From assembly GCA_965112735.1 (NCBI GenBank), contig OZ218955.1, forward strand, positions 1,922,001 to 1,986,000: 64,000 nt of DNA. The letters run 5' to 3'. Source of the stretch: Phaeosaccion multiseriatum. Taxonomy: Eukaryota > Protista > Ochrophyta, other classes. This document shows, piece after piece, positions 11,688-24,587 of the stretch. A program made the position numbers and the translations under genes. The notes below the pieces were generated by a model. It searched no databases, was not told where the DNA came from, and saw only the letters and a program-made list of their open reading frames with translations. Position 1 is the first letter of the stretch, and each line of letters opens with the position of its first letter.

Positions 11688-14600
11688 ATGGAGCTGAAAA
11701 AGAGCACCCTCGAGTACGCTCTGCGAGCAGGGGGGCATGCAATCCCTATGGAGGAGCTGAGAGAAAAGCACCCAGCCGTGTTGGATATCGTGACTCTGTG
11801 AGTAGGACGTCTCATTCAACAAGAAAGAAGGATTAGAGGATTAGCGCAGCCTCCGCACGGCCGCGACGACTTATACTAAACTGCGCTGGTCCTCTACCCA
11901 CTGTCTCTCCTCTCCTCGCTCCCTCTCCTCGCTCGACTGACACTCTGGTGCCCCCTTCCCCCCCCTCTCCTCCTGCTGCTGCTTGGTTGGCTGGCGCGCC
12001 GCCTTGGCTGCCTTCCCGGCGATGTTTCCCACCTCCGATCATCATCATTCGTTTCCCCGCAGTATCCTGGGCGTGACACCCCGCTGCGACCAAGTGAGTG
12101 CGGAGTATTCGAATGCGCCCGTCCGTTTCCTTCTCAACAATGTGTTTGTTGCTGACCATTTCCTTGTGCGCTGCTCTTCTCTTTTGTCACCCCGCCCGAA
12201 TCCGCCTTCCTCCCCCACTCCTTCTCTTCCCCCGCTCCCTACCTGCCTCGTCTCCTCCAATCAGTACTTGGGCATCTGGCCGCCTGCGTTTGGTGAGTAC
12301 CAAAGAAGATGAAAGCCCAGCCAACAACTGCATGTCTGGCAGCCTTCCAGCCATGCATACCCCCCCCTCACCCACATATCCTCCATCCACCCCTTCTGCT
12401 CCTCCCTCCTCGCTCCTCACTGCTCGTCACCCGCCCCTTCATATATCCCGGAAATTCGCCCATGCGGATGGCGCCTTGGTGCATCTGCTCGCCTTGGTGC
12501 ATCTGCTCGCCACTTCTCTTCCGCATCATCTCAGAGACCTACAACGTGTTCGGTAAGCAAAGGAGGCTCAGTCAGTGGTGGGTCCTATTCTATTGACTTG
12601 AGTATGAAAGTTCAACTTTCTCTGCCCCCCTCCCCCTCCTCCTCCTCCTCCTCCTCCTCCTCCTCCTCCTCCTCCTCCTCCTCCTCCTCCTCCTCCTCCT
12701 CCTCCTCCTCCTCCTCCTCCTCCTCCTCCTCCTCCTCCTCCTCCTCCTCCTCCTCCTCCTCCTCCTCCTCCTCCTCCTCCTCCTCCTCCTCCTCCTCCTC
12801 CTCCTCCTCCTCCTCCTCCTCCTCCTCCTCCTCCTCCTCCTCCTCCTCCTCCTCCTCCTCCTCCTCCTCCTCCTCCTCCTCCTCCCTCCCTCCCTGCCCC
12901 CCTCCTCCCCACACCAGTTCCCAACCTCTTCGCCATCCCCTTCTCGGACTTTGGCGTGGGTGCCATCCCGACCAGCCTTCGCTCCATCACGGCCTACTCA
13001 AGCTCCAGGGCTTTTGGTTGTGGGTACTGCAGTGCTCACACCGCTGTCATGGGCGACATCTGGAGCGGCCATGGAGGCACTCTCGAAAAGAACGCCAAGA
13101 TTACCATGACGGACCCTTCTTCCTCCCCCACCTCAGCCTCCTCTATCGGTACCTTTGACGCTCGAGAAGAGGCAGCCATTGCTGTGGGCAAATGCCTGGG
13201 ACAAGCGCCCATCCATCTGACCAGCAGGGCGGTTACTGCATCCACGGAGGTGTTTTCGCTCAAGGAGGAGGAGGCGGTGGTGAATGCGGCGACGGTCATG
13301 GGCTTCTTGAACTTCTTTATGTGAGTTGCTCAGTTGCTAGCTACAGTAGAGGGCGGGAAGAGAGGGGGGAGGTAGAGAGAGACAAGAGAGAGGGCAGGGG
13401 GTAGTGGGGGGCGTCGGGTAGCTCAGCTCAGTCCAGTCCAGCGTTGGTGCGTGTGTGTGTGTGGGCGTGTGTGCTTGTGTGTGTGTGTGTGTGTGTGCGT
13501 GGTGACCCTTGTCTCTGCTTGTTTTTGCTTGCTTTTAACACAGAACCACGCCATGCACGCACACACACACATATACACACACACAAACACACACACACAC
13601 ACACACACAACACACACACGCATCACCAAAACAAAACAGGAGTGCTACTGGCATGCCCCTGGAGAGAGACGCCATAGAGACGTCCACAGCCAAGCTGTCT
13701 GGCACAGGGTGGGAGGTGGGTCAGCACTTCGACCCCAAAGTCGATTGGAAGCTTATGGAGGAGGACGAGGAGGACATGAAGATTGTAGCCCAGAGGCCCA
13801 AGGGCTTCTTCGCGTGGATCAAGACGGTGTTTGGCGCCAAAATGGCCGACAACAAGGCCCTCAGCGCTATCCCCAGCAGCGCGGCAGGTGAGTGCATGGG
13901 TAGGTGGGGGTGTGTGTCGGTGGGTGCATGGGTGGGTGGGTTGGGGTGGGGGAGTGAATGGGGGAGGGAAGGAGTGATGGAGTGAGTGTACAAGTGAGTG
14001 CGCGAGTGAGTGCGTAAGTGCGCGCGTGTGTGAGTGTGTGGGTGCGTGCGTGCGCGAGTGCGTGCGTGGCGTGAGTGAACGGGCTAGAAGGGAGGTGCAC
14101 AGTACAACAACAGGGGAGGAACTAGACACTGGATTGGACAAAGTACAGTGCACCTTTTTCGCACTCTCACTCTTCCTCCTCCTCCTCCTCCTCCTCCTCC
14201 TCCCCCCTCCCTCCCTCCCTGCAACATCAGGCATCTATACCAGATGCAAAAGGGACGCAGGCTTCGTGCCCTTCTACCTCCGTCAGATGACCAACTTGCC
14301 TGCCAAGCGAGCCCTCGCATACGGCTTCCTCCTGCGCCTGCTGGAGGGCACAGACGAAGTGCCTGCTCGCGTCAAGCAGATTATGGCCTATGTGAGCGCC
14401 ACCAATACCGGCAACACCATCCTCAGGGCCCATTACGCCTTCCTCGCCTGCGAGTTGAACGACGCTACCCCAGCCCAGCTACTCGACGCCGTGCAGCAGA
14501 CCAGCCACGGATGGCGAAAGCAAAGTCCAACGCCGCCGGCGCACGTGTCCACAGCGTCACTGATGGCATCCATAGCGCCTTCCTACAAGGCCTCTTCCGC

Positions 14601-15015
14601 CCCCTCCCCCTCCTCCGCCACCTCCTCCGCCACCTCTTTCTCTACCTCCACCACCTCCTCCTCCTCCGCCTCCTCCACCTCTCCCTTCTCCCTGTCCTTC
14701 TCGGCGAAGGAGCGGGTGGCCATCGCCTTTGCCCACGCCACGAGCTTCGCCCCCATCCTCCTCTCGGCAGATCTCATTACAGCCATGATGGAAGCATACA
14801 GTCCCTCGGCCGTGATTGAGCTCGTCCTGACACTGTCGGTGCACACTGCCCTGGACCGGTGGACGTCCTTCTATGCGCCTGTGGCCTACGAACCCGAGCT
14901 GGAGGCCTTTGTGGAGTCGTCGGGCGCGGTACTTGGGTTGCCCCCGGTGGCCACGGGGCCCTCGACACCGGAGCAGAGGGAGCGGGCCATGGAGAGGGCC
15001 ACCTCCGGAAGGTAG
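11688..15015 (+). CDS. AhpD/carboxymuconolactone-decarboxylase-like protein with CxxC (bacterial-type alkylhydroperoxidase family), ~540 aa
   Basis: Exons 11688-11797, 12063-12093, 12265-12292, 12535-12552, 12918-13320, 13640-13887, 14231-15015 sum to 1623 nt in frame. Motifs ILGVTPRCDQYLGIWPPAFETYNVFVPNL, AYSSSRAFGCGYCSAHT, FDAREEAAIA, MGFLNFFM; second degenerate CMD half FSAKERVAIAFA...YSPSAVIELVLTLS. Confidence 0.8.
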
Positions 15016-16267
15016 CTAGTTACTCAGTAAGTCAGTAACAGGCAGGTAGCCAGTTACTCAGTAAGTCAGTAATAGGCAAGTAATATAAGGAAGGAAAAAA
15101 GAAAAAAGAAAAGTAACAGCAGAGCGGGGGAAGGGGGGGGTGGTGGTAAGGTAGTAAGGCCCAAGGGGGGGGTTAGCAGCGCCGGAGAGAGAGGAAAGCC
15201 GCCGCGGTCAGGAAGCGGTAAGCAGGTCAGAGGTCAGTCAGTCCCCTCAGGACGACAGTGAAGTACGCAATTACGCAAGTGAAGCGTAGTTTTGGTTTTT
15301 TCGGGTTATGTGTAAGAGTAATCCCTCACCTCGGGAGAACTTCAAAAGGCGATTGGCGTAGTGCAGTGCCACTAAAAAGAAAAGCGCTGCACTCCCCGTA
15401 CCCACCCCTAGCTGGGACGCGTAACCAAAACTGCTCAACTCGGCGATAGAGGCACTTTAGGGGGGGGGGGGAGGGAGGGATGGCCCTCCGGGCTGCAAGA
15501 CACCCTTTTGTAAGACCCGCATGGCCCTTACGTAAGGAACAGGAGTTTCAGTTGTTAGGCCTCCACACGCTGCACGGCCACGTCCAAACTCGCTAGCTAA
15601 GACAGTAGTTTGGGGTGGAAGGGACGTAGTTAAGGGAAATAGAATGCATAATACATAGTCATTATTCACACAGAATGTATATTACGTAGTCATTATGCAG
15701 AATGTATATTACGTAGTCATTATGCACACACAGAGTGTATATACATGCCGCAGAAGCCCGCCGCAAAAGGCCAAAGCGGCGCTCTGCAAGCAACAACAAG
15801 CACTGTAGAGATCTCTTTCTGTCCAGCTCCATCCACTGCCGTCCAGCTCATTTGCTCATTTGTGGCCGCCGCCAACACGCCCCCTCCCGTCCGGGAAGCA
15901 CAGCACACACCCCCTTTCGCTCTCACGTGTAAGTAACCAACGAGACTGAGACTGAGACTGAGCTCATCAATGATCAGGTGAGTGAGTTATGTATGAGTTG
16001 GTTAGGTAGGAGGAGCTCAGTCAGGTAGGTGAGTGAGTTATGAATGAGTTGGTTAGGAGCTCTTTTGGTTTGAACGGGGAGGGGGATGCTGAGTGGGGCC
16101 GTGGGAAAGGAAAGCCGTAGCGTGGGGCGCCTCATGGAATCCTTTCCAACTCCTCCTCCTCCTCCTCCTCCTCCTCCTCCTCCTCCTCCTCCTCCTCTTC
16201 CTCCTCCTCCTCCTCCTCCTCATCCTGCTGCTTTTGCTGCTGTACCACCAACTGCTGCTGCTGCTCG

Positions 16268-19005
16268 TCAGTCCAAGCAGTGTACGAAGAACGAAGGAGC
16301 CTTCACCCACCTCCTCAGAGGCGCTGACGCAATTTGCCACACCTTCTCCTGCACACACATACACACACAACACACACGCATACATACACCACACACACGG
16401 GACGGGTGGCGCGAGAGAGCGGGTATAATGTGGTGAGGGGTGGGTAAGGTCAAGATCAGGGTCAGGGTCAGGGTCAGGGTCAGGGTCGGAAAGAGCCACG
16501 TCCCCAGGGGCCAGGACGTATGCACTATCGACGATAGCACGACAGACATGAATCTTCACACATGCCCATGAAAATCTGAGACACACCTCTCTTCCATGGC
16601 CCGTCACAGAGGAGGGGGGCGCAGACACCACGCCGAGATTGCCAACGCCGCTGCCGCCGCTGCCGCTCTCCTTCACCACGTCCTCTTTGTTCCCCTTCAA
16701 AGGAGGGGAAGGGCTCTCCTCCACGCTCCCCTTGATGAAGCCCTCCACCCCGGTGGCGATGGTGACGTCGTGGTCAATAACCCAGGTGGCAAGCCTCGCC
16801 TCAAAGTAGATAAAGGCTCCTGCTGCTCTTCCGCCGCTGCGCTCTCTCTCCCTTCTCTTCTCCCACCCCTCCTCCTCCTCCCCCTCCTCCCCAACCTGCT
16901 CCTCCTCCTCCTCCTCCTCCTCCTCCTCCTCCTCCTCCTCCTCGTCGTCGTCGTCGTCGTCGTCGTCACCAGGCTCCTTCTTGGCCCAGTATACAGAGGG
17001 AAGGGCGAGGACTACATCGAGGCTCTCATCGAGGATCACATCTTCCTCCTCCTCAGACGAGTAGTGGTGGTGGTGGATGTGATACAGCCCGGCCAAGAGA
17101 GGAGGTACGTCGGTGCCGTGTACTCGCAGCTCCTGACACCAGGTAGTAGCATTCGAATCCGCAACGTCATCGCCTCCTGCAGACACAGGGGGGGGCTTTG
17201 CCGACTGCGCCGAAGGAGCTTGTAGTGCAGTACTCAGGTCCCCCTCCTCCTCCTCCTCCCCTTCCTCCTCCTCTTCCTCCTCTTCTTCCTCCTCCTCCTC
17301 CTCCTCCTCCTCCTCCTCCTCCTCCTCCTCCTCCTCCTCCTCCTCTTCCTCCTCCTCCTCCTCCTCTTCTTCCTCCTCCTCATCATCGTGATCATCCATC
17401 ACCACCCCTTCGCCTCCCTTTTCCTCCTGGTCCTCCTCCTCCCCTGCCCCGATAAATACCTCACCTTCCCACCTCAATCCTTCCCGCCCGTCCCATCCAC
17501 CACCTCCCTCGAATGGGGGTGAGGACAACAGCGATGATTGCGTTCCCAAGGGAGACGCCGACTGTTGCTGCTGCTCCTCCTCCTCCTCCTCCTGCTCCTC
17601 CTGCTCCTCCTGCTCCTCCTCCTCCTCCTCCTCCTCCTCCTCCTCCTCCTCCTCCTCCTCCTCCTCCTCCTCCTCCTCCTCCTCCTCCTCCTTCTCCTCC
17701 TTCTCCTCCTTCTCCCCCTCTACAGAGGAATGAGGTCGAGGCGCTACCGCTGGTAACCAACGTGGCTCGGACGAATACCCCGCGTCGTCGCCAAGTGTAG
17801 GTAGGCCGTTGTGGGCTCCTCCTTCGTCCTCGCTAGGCGGTACTGGTACTGTGCTGCTCAGCATGGAGCCGCCACAAAGCGAGACCAGTGCCAGAGACAG
17901 AGGCAGAGGCAGAGGCAGAGACAGAGGTAGATGCTGATGCAGGTGTTGGCAGTCGGGAGCCCCCCTCCTGAAACACAACACGCCCAGAGCACCCACTATA
18001 GCAAACGCCACAACGCTAGCACGGAGTCCAGCCTCTGACTGTCTGGACTCCTCCTTCTCCTCCCCCTCCTTCTCGCCCTCCTCCTCTGCGGCGTTACTGT
18101 CGACCACAAGTTGTAAGAGCTGCCCCGTCTGATCAGAGTCCCCATCTTCGCCGACTTTGTCTTGTACGCCTCCATCGTCCACTGCTTCACTACGACTGCG
18201 ACAGCTGCCACTGCACGTGCTGCTACTCCCGCTCCTGCTGCCATTGCTGTCGCCTCGGAGGTGCATCATGTCCACGGCTCCCTTCCTGCTCTGGATGGTG
18301 CTCTTCTTGGCCCCCTCGACTTCCCCGCCCACCACAGTCTCCTTTTTCTCCTTGCTTGGCTCTCCATCCCCCTTCTCATCGTCGGCCGGGCACAGCCCTG
18401 CCTCCTCTTTCCCTTGACCTCCGTCTCCTGCCGTCAGCTGCTGCTCCCCCAGCCCCCCAAGTGCGTCTCCCAATGGACTGCCATCCCTAAGAATGCTGGA
18501 AGCCACCAGCACCCCAGCTCTCCCCTCCTCCTCTTCTGCTCCCCAATGTCCACCTGACTGCCCTCCCTCCAGCTGCTGCTGATGATCCTCCCTATGAAGC
18601 TCCTCACCAGCTTCGCCTTCTCGTCTATGCCTACTACCGAGGTAGTCGAGACGGCGTCGTAAGCCCGATAGGTTGGCGTCCTCCTCATTCGTGTGGTGTC
18701 CGCTGTCGTGTGCGTGGGTCTGCCCCAGGCTCTTGACTGACCTGCGCATCGTATAAGGAGGGGGGGGGTGGAAAAGGAAAGGGGCAGACCAGGCGCGGTG
18801 AGAGTGTCGGACTTCTTAACCACCAGAGGGGAAGTGGAACGAACCTGAGGACAGACTCGATCCACTCGTTATCCTCCTGGACGTTCTTGCCCTTGACTGG
18901 TGTGAGACGCACCAAGGCTCCGGGTCGCAGGGGAGAGTGACCGAAGAGACTCCTTGTCGTGTACCCAGCCTCTACTCTCCCTCGCTTCTTCTCCTCCTCT
19001 TCCAT
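16268..19005 (-). CDS. Acidic low-complexity hypothetical protein with one hydrophobic segment and a small C-terminal globular domain
   Basis: Exons 19005-18845, 18741-16587, 16348-16268 are phase-consistent GT-AG; poly-Glu tracts; hydrophobic VVAFAIVGALGVLCF; C-terminal LRVHG..LAGLY..AFIYF..TWVID..GVEGF..W..WVKAPSFFVHC. Confidence 0.6.
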
Positions 19006-19279
19006 ACTGTCTCTTACATCGGTCCTTCCACTCTGGCTCTCTCTCCCCAGTTTCCCATCAGCGTGCCCCCAGTCCCCCCCCCGTCTTCATCCACCTCTTC
19101 ATTTAGCAAGCTCTTCCTACGGAGAGGAAGAGGCAACCGAAGAGAAAAGATGCAGAGTGAAGGCATGAAGGGGAAAACAGAAAACAGAGTGCCATCCCTA
19201 GTAAGTCAGCAATCGGATCGCAGGCCCTTCTTGCCAAGGAAGAAAAAGCGTACAATCATAACAAAAAGACAACCTAATA

Positions 19280-20689
19280 ATGCCGACCTTCACGTAAGTT
19301 CCGAAGAACTTCTGCGTGCCCATATTTATCTCCTTCAACTCTCCTCTCTCTCTTCCTCCCCTCCCCCCTTCCTCGGCAACAGAGTCCAGACCAACGTGCC
19401 CCTCACGGACGACGCCAGGACGGCTCTGCTGAAGGAGCTCAGCAGCACTCTCGCAATGAAGCTGGGGAAACCTGAGGCCTATGTGATGGTGTCGTATCAG
19501 CACGCCGCCATGATGTTCGGTAAGCCTTTCACCCGTACTCGGCGGTGGCTCAACCTCGCGTACTTAACGCAGTGCTGCAGCAAGGAAGTGTTTCGCCGCT
19601 TTGGGCCCTCATTCTGATACCCCTTTCGGTACTACTGTGCCTCCTCCCCCCACTCCCCCGCCCCACCGCCACCTCGCCCCCTCCGCTCGCAAACAACACG
19701 CACACAGGCGGCTCGGCAGACCCCTGTGCGTTTTGCAACCTCCACTCTATCGGCAAAATCTCGCTGGAAACCAATCCAGGTAAGTAACAACCCCCCCCCA
19801 AAGAAAACACTTCGTACTTCGAAGTACAATATTTGGCGTGAGCTTTATTCCTGTGCCGCTTGCTCAAGTCGCGTTTCGCATTACGTTACGCCAAGTCGAC
19901 TCCTCCGACGAGTGCTTACTGATTAATCCGATTGTGCGCTCACTTCACTCATACACACACGCACACGCACACGCACACACACACACACACGTAAAGAGGC
20001 GAAGAAAGAAGATGTGTTGTCTGAGCCTCCCGTCTACACCTGTCTGTCCCTGCTCTTGCTGGGGCCTGACTTTGCTGGCCTTCTGTTCGCCGCCTCTAAA
20101 CTCCACGCCCCTGCGGGTCTGCTGCTGCCTTGCTCTGCCTTACGGTTGCCTTACTGCTGCCTTACTGCTGTCTTACTGCTGCCTTACTGCCGCCTTACTG
20201 CTGCCTTACTGCTGCCTTACTGCTGGCCCAGGCGTGAGCTCGGCCATGATGTCCGTTCTCGAGACGCATCTTTGCGTGCATCCCAATCGGTGCTACATAC
20301 AGGTCAGTAAGTCCGTGAGTACGTGAGAGTTTCTTGCGTACGTATGTCCGTGTGTGTGTGTGTGACGGAGTGAACTGGGCTCAGTCGGCATGAGAGAGCC
20401 CTCCTGTAGTGCCTTCATGACGTACTCACGCGCACCTCTGCGTACCCCCCCCCGGCCTTGAGGGAAGGCCTCTTGCCTCGTCTCCTTCTCTGTTGGCACC
20501 TGCACCATGTCATGAACATGGACACTACAATGACAAAACACTCCTTCCCCTTTCCTCCCCCCTCCCCTCCCCTCCCTCCCTCCCTCCGTCCCTCCGTCCG
20601 TCCGTCCGCTGCTTTCTCTGGTCATTTTTTGCCCTCAGTTTGTGGATTCTGAGAGGCATAACTTTGGTTGGGACTCGACCGTCTTCTGA
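19280..20689 (+). CDS. MIF: Macrophage migration inhibitory factor (MIF)/tautomerase family protein, 114 aa
   Basis: Exons 19280-19293, 19383-19519, 19708-19779, 20232-20302, 20639-20689 give MPTFTVQTNV...LGKPEAYVMV...[21 protein letters not shown]...HPNRCYIQF...NFGWDSTVF*. Catalytic Pro1, the LGKP lysine and SIG are conserved. Confidence 0.95.
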
Positions 20690-21556
20690 GGACCTTGTTC
20701 CGTTGTTCCGTGGATGAAGCTCTTGGCCCCACCGCTCACTCACTCACTCACTCACTCACTCACTCACTCACTCACTCACTCACTCACTCACTCACTCACT
20801 AACTCATGAGCTGCGAGGGGAAGTGGTGCACTTGATTATTTCTACTCACCAGTACTGTACAGCGATACGTCGTACGATATGTGTGTGGCAGTGAAAGGCA
20901 CTCCACAAAGTATTGCATGTATGCCTTAGTGGGGACAGTTCTGGTGCTTAGGGCGAGGAAGGGGTGGACAAGAGAAGAGGAACAGCCGCAGATGTTTTGC
21001 ACACATAAGATGGTGGTAGAGAGGCTCTTGATTGATTGACGTGCACTCTTTGACAACAGACGATGGGTGAAATGATGTCATTTATGTATATAAGAAGGTA
21101 CTGTTACCTAACTTCCTTCCACCTTCGCTTCTTAAGAGAACGATTGGAAAATCGGGTCTCTCCCATACCGCCCATCCTTTGTTCTTCTGCTGCCCTACAC
21201 ACCCAAGTAGAGCTGCATAACATAATCAACTAATTATTGTATATATTTTTTTTAAATTTTGTATTTAATTATTAAATATATGCTTCATTCATTCCACAAT
21301 TACGTCTTTCCACGGCGGTGGCTGCGGCTTCCGGTAAGCCGCGCTCCCCTCTGCCTCGCCGTCTGTGATCTGTGATTTAAACCCACTGTGCCCAGGCTCG
21401 GACACGCACGCACGCACACACACGCACACTCACTCACATGCAAAGAAGCCGAATATAATATATACACACACCACGCACACACACACCTTGATAAGGTCTG
21501 AGAAGCAGTCGGCCGCTGGGCCTACAACCCACCTTTCAGACTGGATTTCTTCTACC

Positions 21557-21745
21557 TGCTGCTGCAGGTCTATTCCGTCCTCCCCTCTCCTTCTACCCTG
21601 GCTCCTGCTGGTCTATTCCGTCCTCCCCTCTCCTTCTACCCTGGCTGCTGCTGGTCTATTCCGTCCTCCCCTCTCCTTCTACCCTGGCTGCTGCTGGTCT
21701 GTTGCGTCCTCCCTTCTCCTTCTACCCTGGCTGCTGCTGGTCTGT
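21557..21745. repeat. Minisatellite, ~41-bp unit CTGCTGGTCTATTCCGTCCTCCCCTCTCCTTCTACCCTGG, ~4 copies
   Basis: Directly visible tandem copies without unique spacers. Confidence 0.9.
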
Positions 21746-22002
21746 TGCGATGCATGCACCACGCAACGTCGCATGGAGCACGCCCTCCTGTCTCTTGCCG
21801 AGGGAGGGGCCATGAAGCACATGCCGACCTACTTCTCCTCCTTGTCGAGGAGCCATCATTCCCTCATCTCACTTATCGTGCTCCCCATGAAGCACGCCGA
21901 CCTACTTCTCCTCCTTGCCGACCGAGGAGCCATCGCTCCCTCATCTCACTCATCTCACTCATCGCACTCATCGCACACTCCTTCCTCGTGCTCCCTCCCC
22001 GC

Positions 22003-22234
22003 TTAATACGTCAGTCGAGTGAGTCCACCACCGCTCCCGTCCTCTGCCCTGCCGCTGTCGCCCTCGAGTTGCATGGTGGAGAAGGAGTACGAAGGTGAGG
22101 CCATCGCAGCGATACGGTCCGAGACCCGTCGGCGCTTGGCCTTGAGGAAGGAGCCCGGAGAGGTGGAGAAGTAGCTTACGTGAGAGCTACGCTGGCGGTC
22201 CACGTCTTCCGTCTCCTGCGCCACCACAGGCTTC

Positions 22235-22269
<35 letters not shown>

Positions 22270-23463
22270 GTGGTGGTTGCACTCATCCTGCTGGGGGGTG
22301 GCTTGGATCTGGGCGAGGGGAAGTGGCGACTTCTGCTGCTGCTGCTGGTGAGTATGATCGAAGGTCCAGCTTCTCTTACGCCCCCCGAGGGCAACGTCCT
22401 CCACCACCCCCTCCTCCTCCCTTGGGAAACTCTGTCCACTCTGCTGCTGCTGCTCGTCGCTTCCGCAGGCCTGTCCCTCCCTCCTCTCTCCTTGCCAGTC
22501 CGATGAAGAGCTACCCCGACTCAGTTCTCCATCCGTCGAGCCCGCAGTACTGCTACTCACGGAGCTCGGCGGGGTAGGCGAGAGCGTCCGATCCTCCCCT
22601 CCTCCTACCACTGCACACTTCCCCTTGCCGCGGCCTCGCCCCCCCCGACAGCCTCGCTCTCGCCTCTTTAGCCTTCCCCTCATCATCTCCTCATCATGTG
22701 CAACATTCCCATCCCCGCCCAACCCACCTCCCCCCCCCTCCTCCTGCTGCTGCTGCCGCTGCTGCTGAGGCTGCAGGGGTAAGGAATGGTGGCGGTGAGA
22801 GCGCATCTGCTGCTCCAACTGCTGGTGCGGGAAAGCGCTCGCGGGGGGCGCGGGGGGAGACCTACCCCGGCCGTGTCTCTGCTGGGGCGAGACTGAAGCT
22901 GCGTGTACTGGCACCATGGGTATGGTTCTAGGACCCACTGTAGAGGGGTGTGTCACCGAACGCGTGAGTGAGTGCGAGCGTGGGGGACCCACAGACCTCG
23001 CCCTCGGGCCGGATCGGCCGCTGTTCATATTCATGTTCCCCTGGTGGTGGTGGTGGTGGTGGTGATGGTGCTGCTGCTGCTGTTGCTGTTCTGGCCCACG
23101 TCGGTGCTGCTCGTGCGGGTAGTAGGAACGAACATGAGGAGGCTGATGCTGCAAGGGAGTCAGTGTTTGCTCGTTATTGTTGCCCGGCATTCTGCTGAAG
23201 CTGTCCCTCCTCCGGATCCGCTGTGGGGAGAGCGACGACGCGGGTCTCTCGAGCTGCCCATCTCGAGTCCGCTGCTGGTTTGGGTGGCCGGCAGCGGAGC
23301 TTGGCACCCCTTTCTCGGGCCCTGGTTGCTGCTGCTGCTGCTGCGGCGGTTGGTGCTGATTGCTGATGTGATTGAACCGGTGCAGGCATTGCTGTGCCAG
23401 AGGTGCGCCCTGCGCCTGTGGTCCCCCCCCTGCCCCTACCCCAAGGCCAGCCTCCTTCATCTT
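22003..23463 (-). CDS. Intronless Gln/His/Ser-rich low-complexity hypothetical protein
   Basis: Long open frame (ORF 22003-23562); ATG of MKMKEAG at ~23463; poly-Q/H tracts; basic KAKRRR near the C-terminus; head-to-head with the TMEM230-like gene. Confidence 0.5.
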
Positions 23464-23895
23464 CATTAAGTGAGCTCCCGACCTCTTCCCCTGTCCTCCC
23501 CTGCAGCCCCGCGTACGTCGCTGAGTCGGAAGTGGCATCCTTGGAAGGAAAATGGGGAACAAGGAGGACTTTCTTCGGCGCTACGCAAGGAGACTCTTCG
23601 TGCAGAGATGCCTCGCGACTGATGCAGCACCTGCTTCCCCACCGAGGCCTCCCCCCTCTACTACTTTCGCTGCTCTGCTGAAGCACGCTTGTGATTTTCT
23701 TTTCTGCATGTGTCCAGCGGGGAGGTATCTTTACGCCGAGCGAGGAGCCCAAACGGTTGGCTTTTTAGAAAAAAACTGAAACTGAATCCAAAAATATCTA
23801 GCCCCCCCCCCCCCCCCCTATTAAAGAGATGAGCTCTGAGGTAAGCCCAGCTAGTCCCTCCCTTGAATCCTCTTCCCCCTTGAGTCTTCCTCGGT

Positions 23896-24587
23896 ATGCC
23901 TCCTTTGTCGCCCATGCCTGAGACGCTCCCCCTTCTTCCCCTCCTCCCCCAGCTCGATGAGAGGGCTGCTCTCCTCTCCTCGCCGGTCGAAGGGGGGGGA
24001 GAAAGGCCAGCGGCGGGCGCAGCTTCAAGGGTAGACTCCGTCGGCGGCGTTGCGGGTCCGAGACAAAGGACGGGTAAGAACGCCCAGCCAGAGGAGCAGC
24101 GGAAGCCGGCGATCCGACGCCACCGCCCCCGCTACCGGCTCGCCCAGGAACCGCCCCCTCCCAGAACCACGCTGGCGGCGGCGCTCATGCTTGTCTCCGG
24201 CTCCATGCTCCTCTTCTTTGGGGTGCTTCTGTGGATGGACAACAGAGGCGTGACGGAGGGCATGTCGGAGAGGGAGGAGGAGCTGCGGGACGTGCAGCGG
24301 GAGCGCGGACAGAGCATGGTAGTGCTTGGAGGAATACGTAAGTGAGCCATGGATGGCGTGCAGTAGTGAACTTGACAGGCTCTTAACGCATTTGCTTCCC
24401 CCCGCTCCCTCTTCCATTCCCTGTGTGTGTGTGTCTTGTCCTGCCAAAATCGGCCGGCCAAACAACCTCTACTTGGCGAACCAAAGTCTTCACTCCGGGC
24501 AGCTACGCGAGCATAAATCTTCTGGGAGCGTATCTGGGGTGGCCCGGGTGGACTTATGATGCAGTGCCCTCCTACGACGAGGACTGA
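23896..24587 (+). CDS. TMEM230/TMEM134-like (DUF872) two-TM protein
   Basis: Exons 23896-24337 and 24487-24587: PPRTTLAAALMLVSGSMLLFFGVLLW...MVVLGGILFTPGSYASINLLGAYLGWPGWTYDAVPSYDED*, matching the family's F-x-P-G-x-Y...G-Y-x-Y-D-x-I-P-x-x-D tail. Confidence 0.88.

Noticed and set aside
12022-12062. ATG at 12022 as start of the AhpD-like gene
   Set aside because: It lies in the pyrimidine tract of intron 1; exon 11688-11797 joins in phase and extends the family-like N-terminus.
21225-21300. AT-rich island as foreign DNA or origin
   Set aside because: Short, and like 48920-49090 it lies between convergent genes; more simply a termination/polyadenylation region.
21365-22098. Plus-strand ORFs of 213 and 117 aa
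   Set aside because: Built from (CA)n and the 41-bp minisatellite; probably the 3' UTR of the minus-strand gene ending at 22003.
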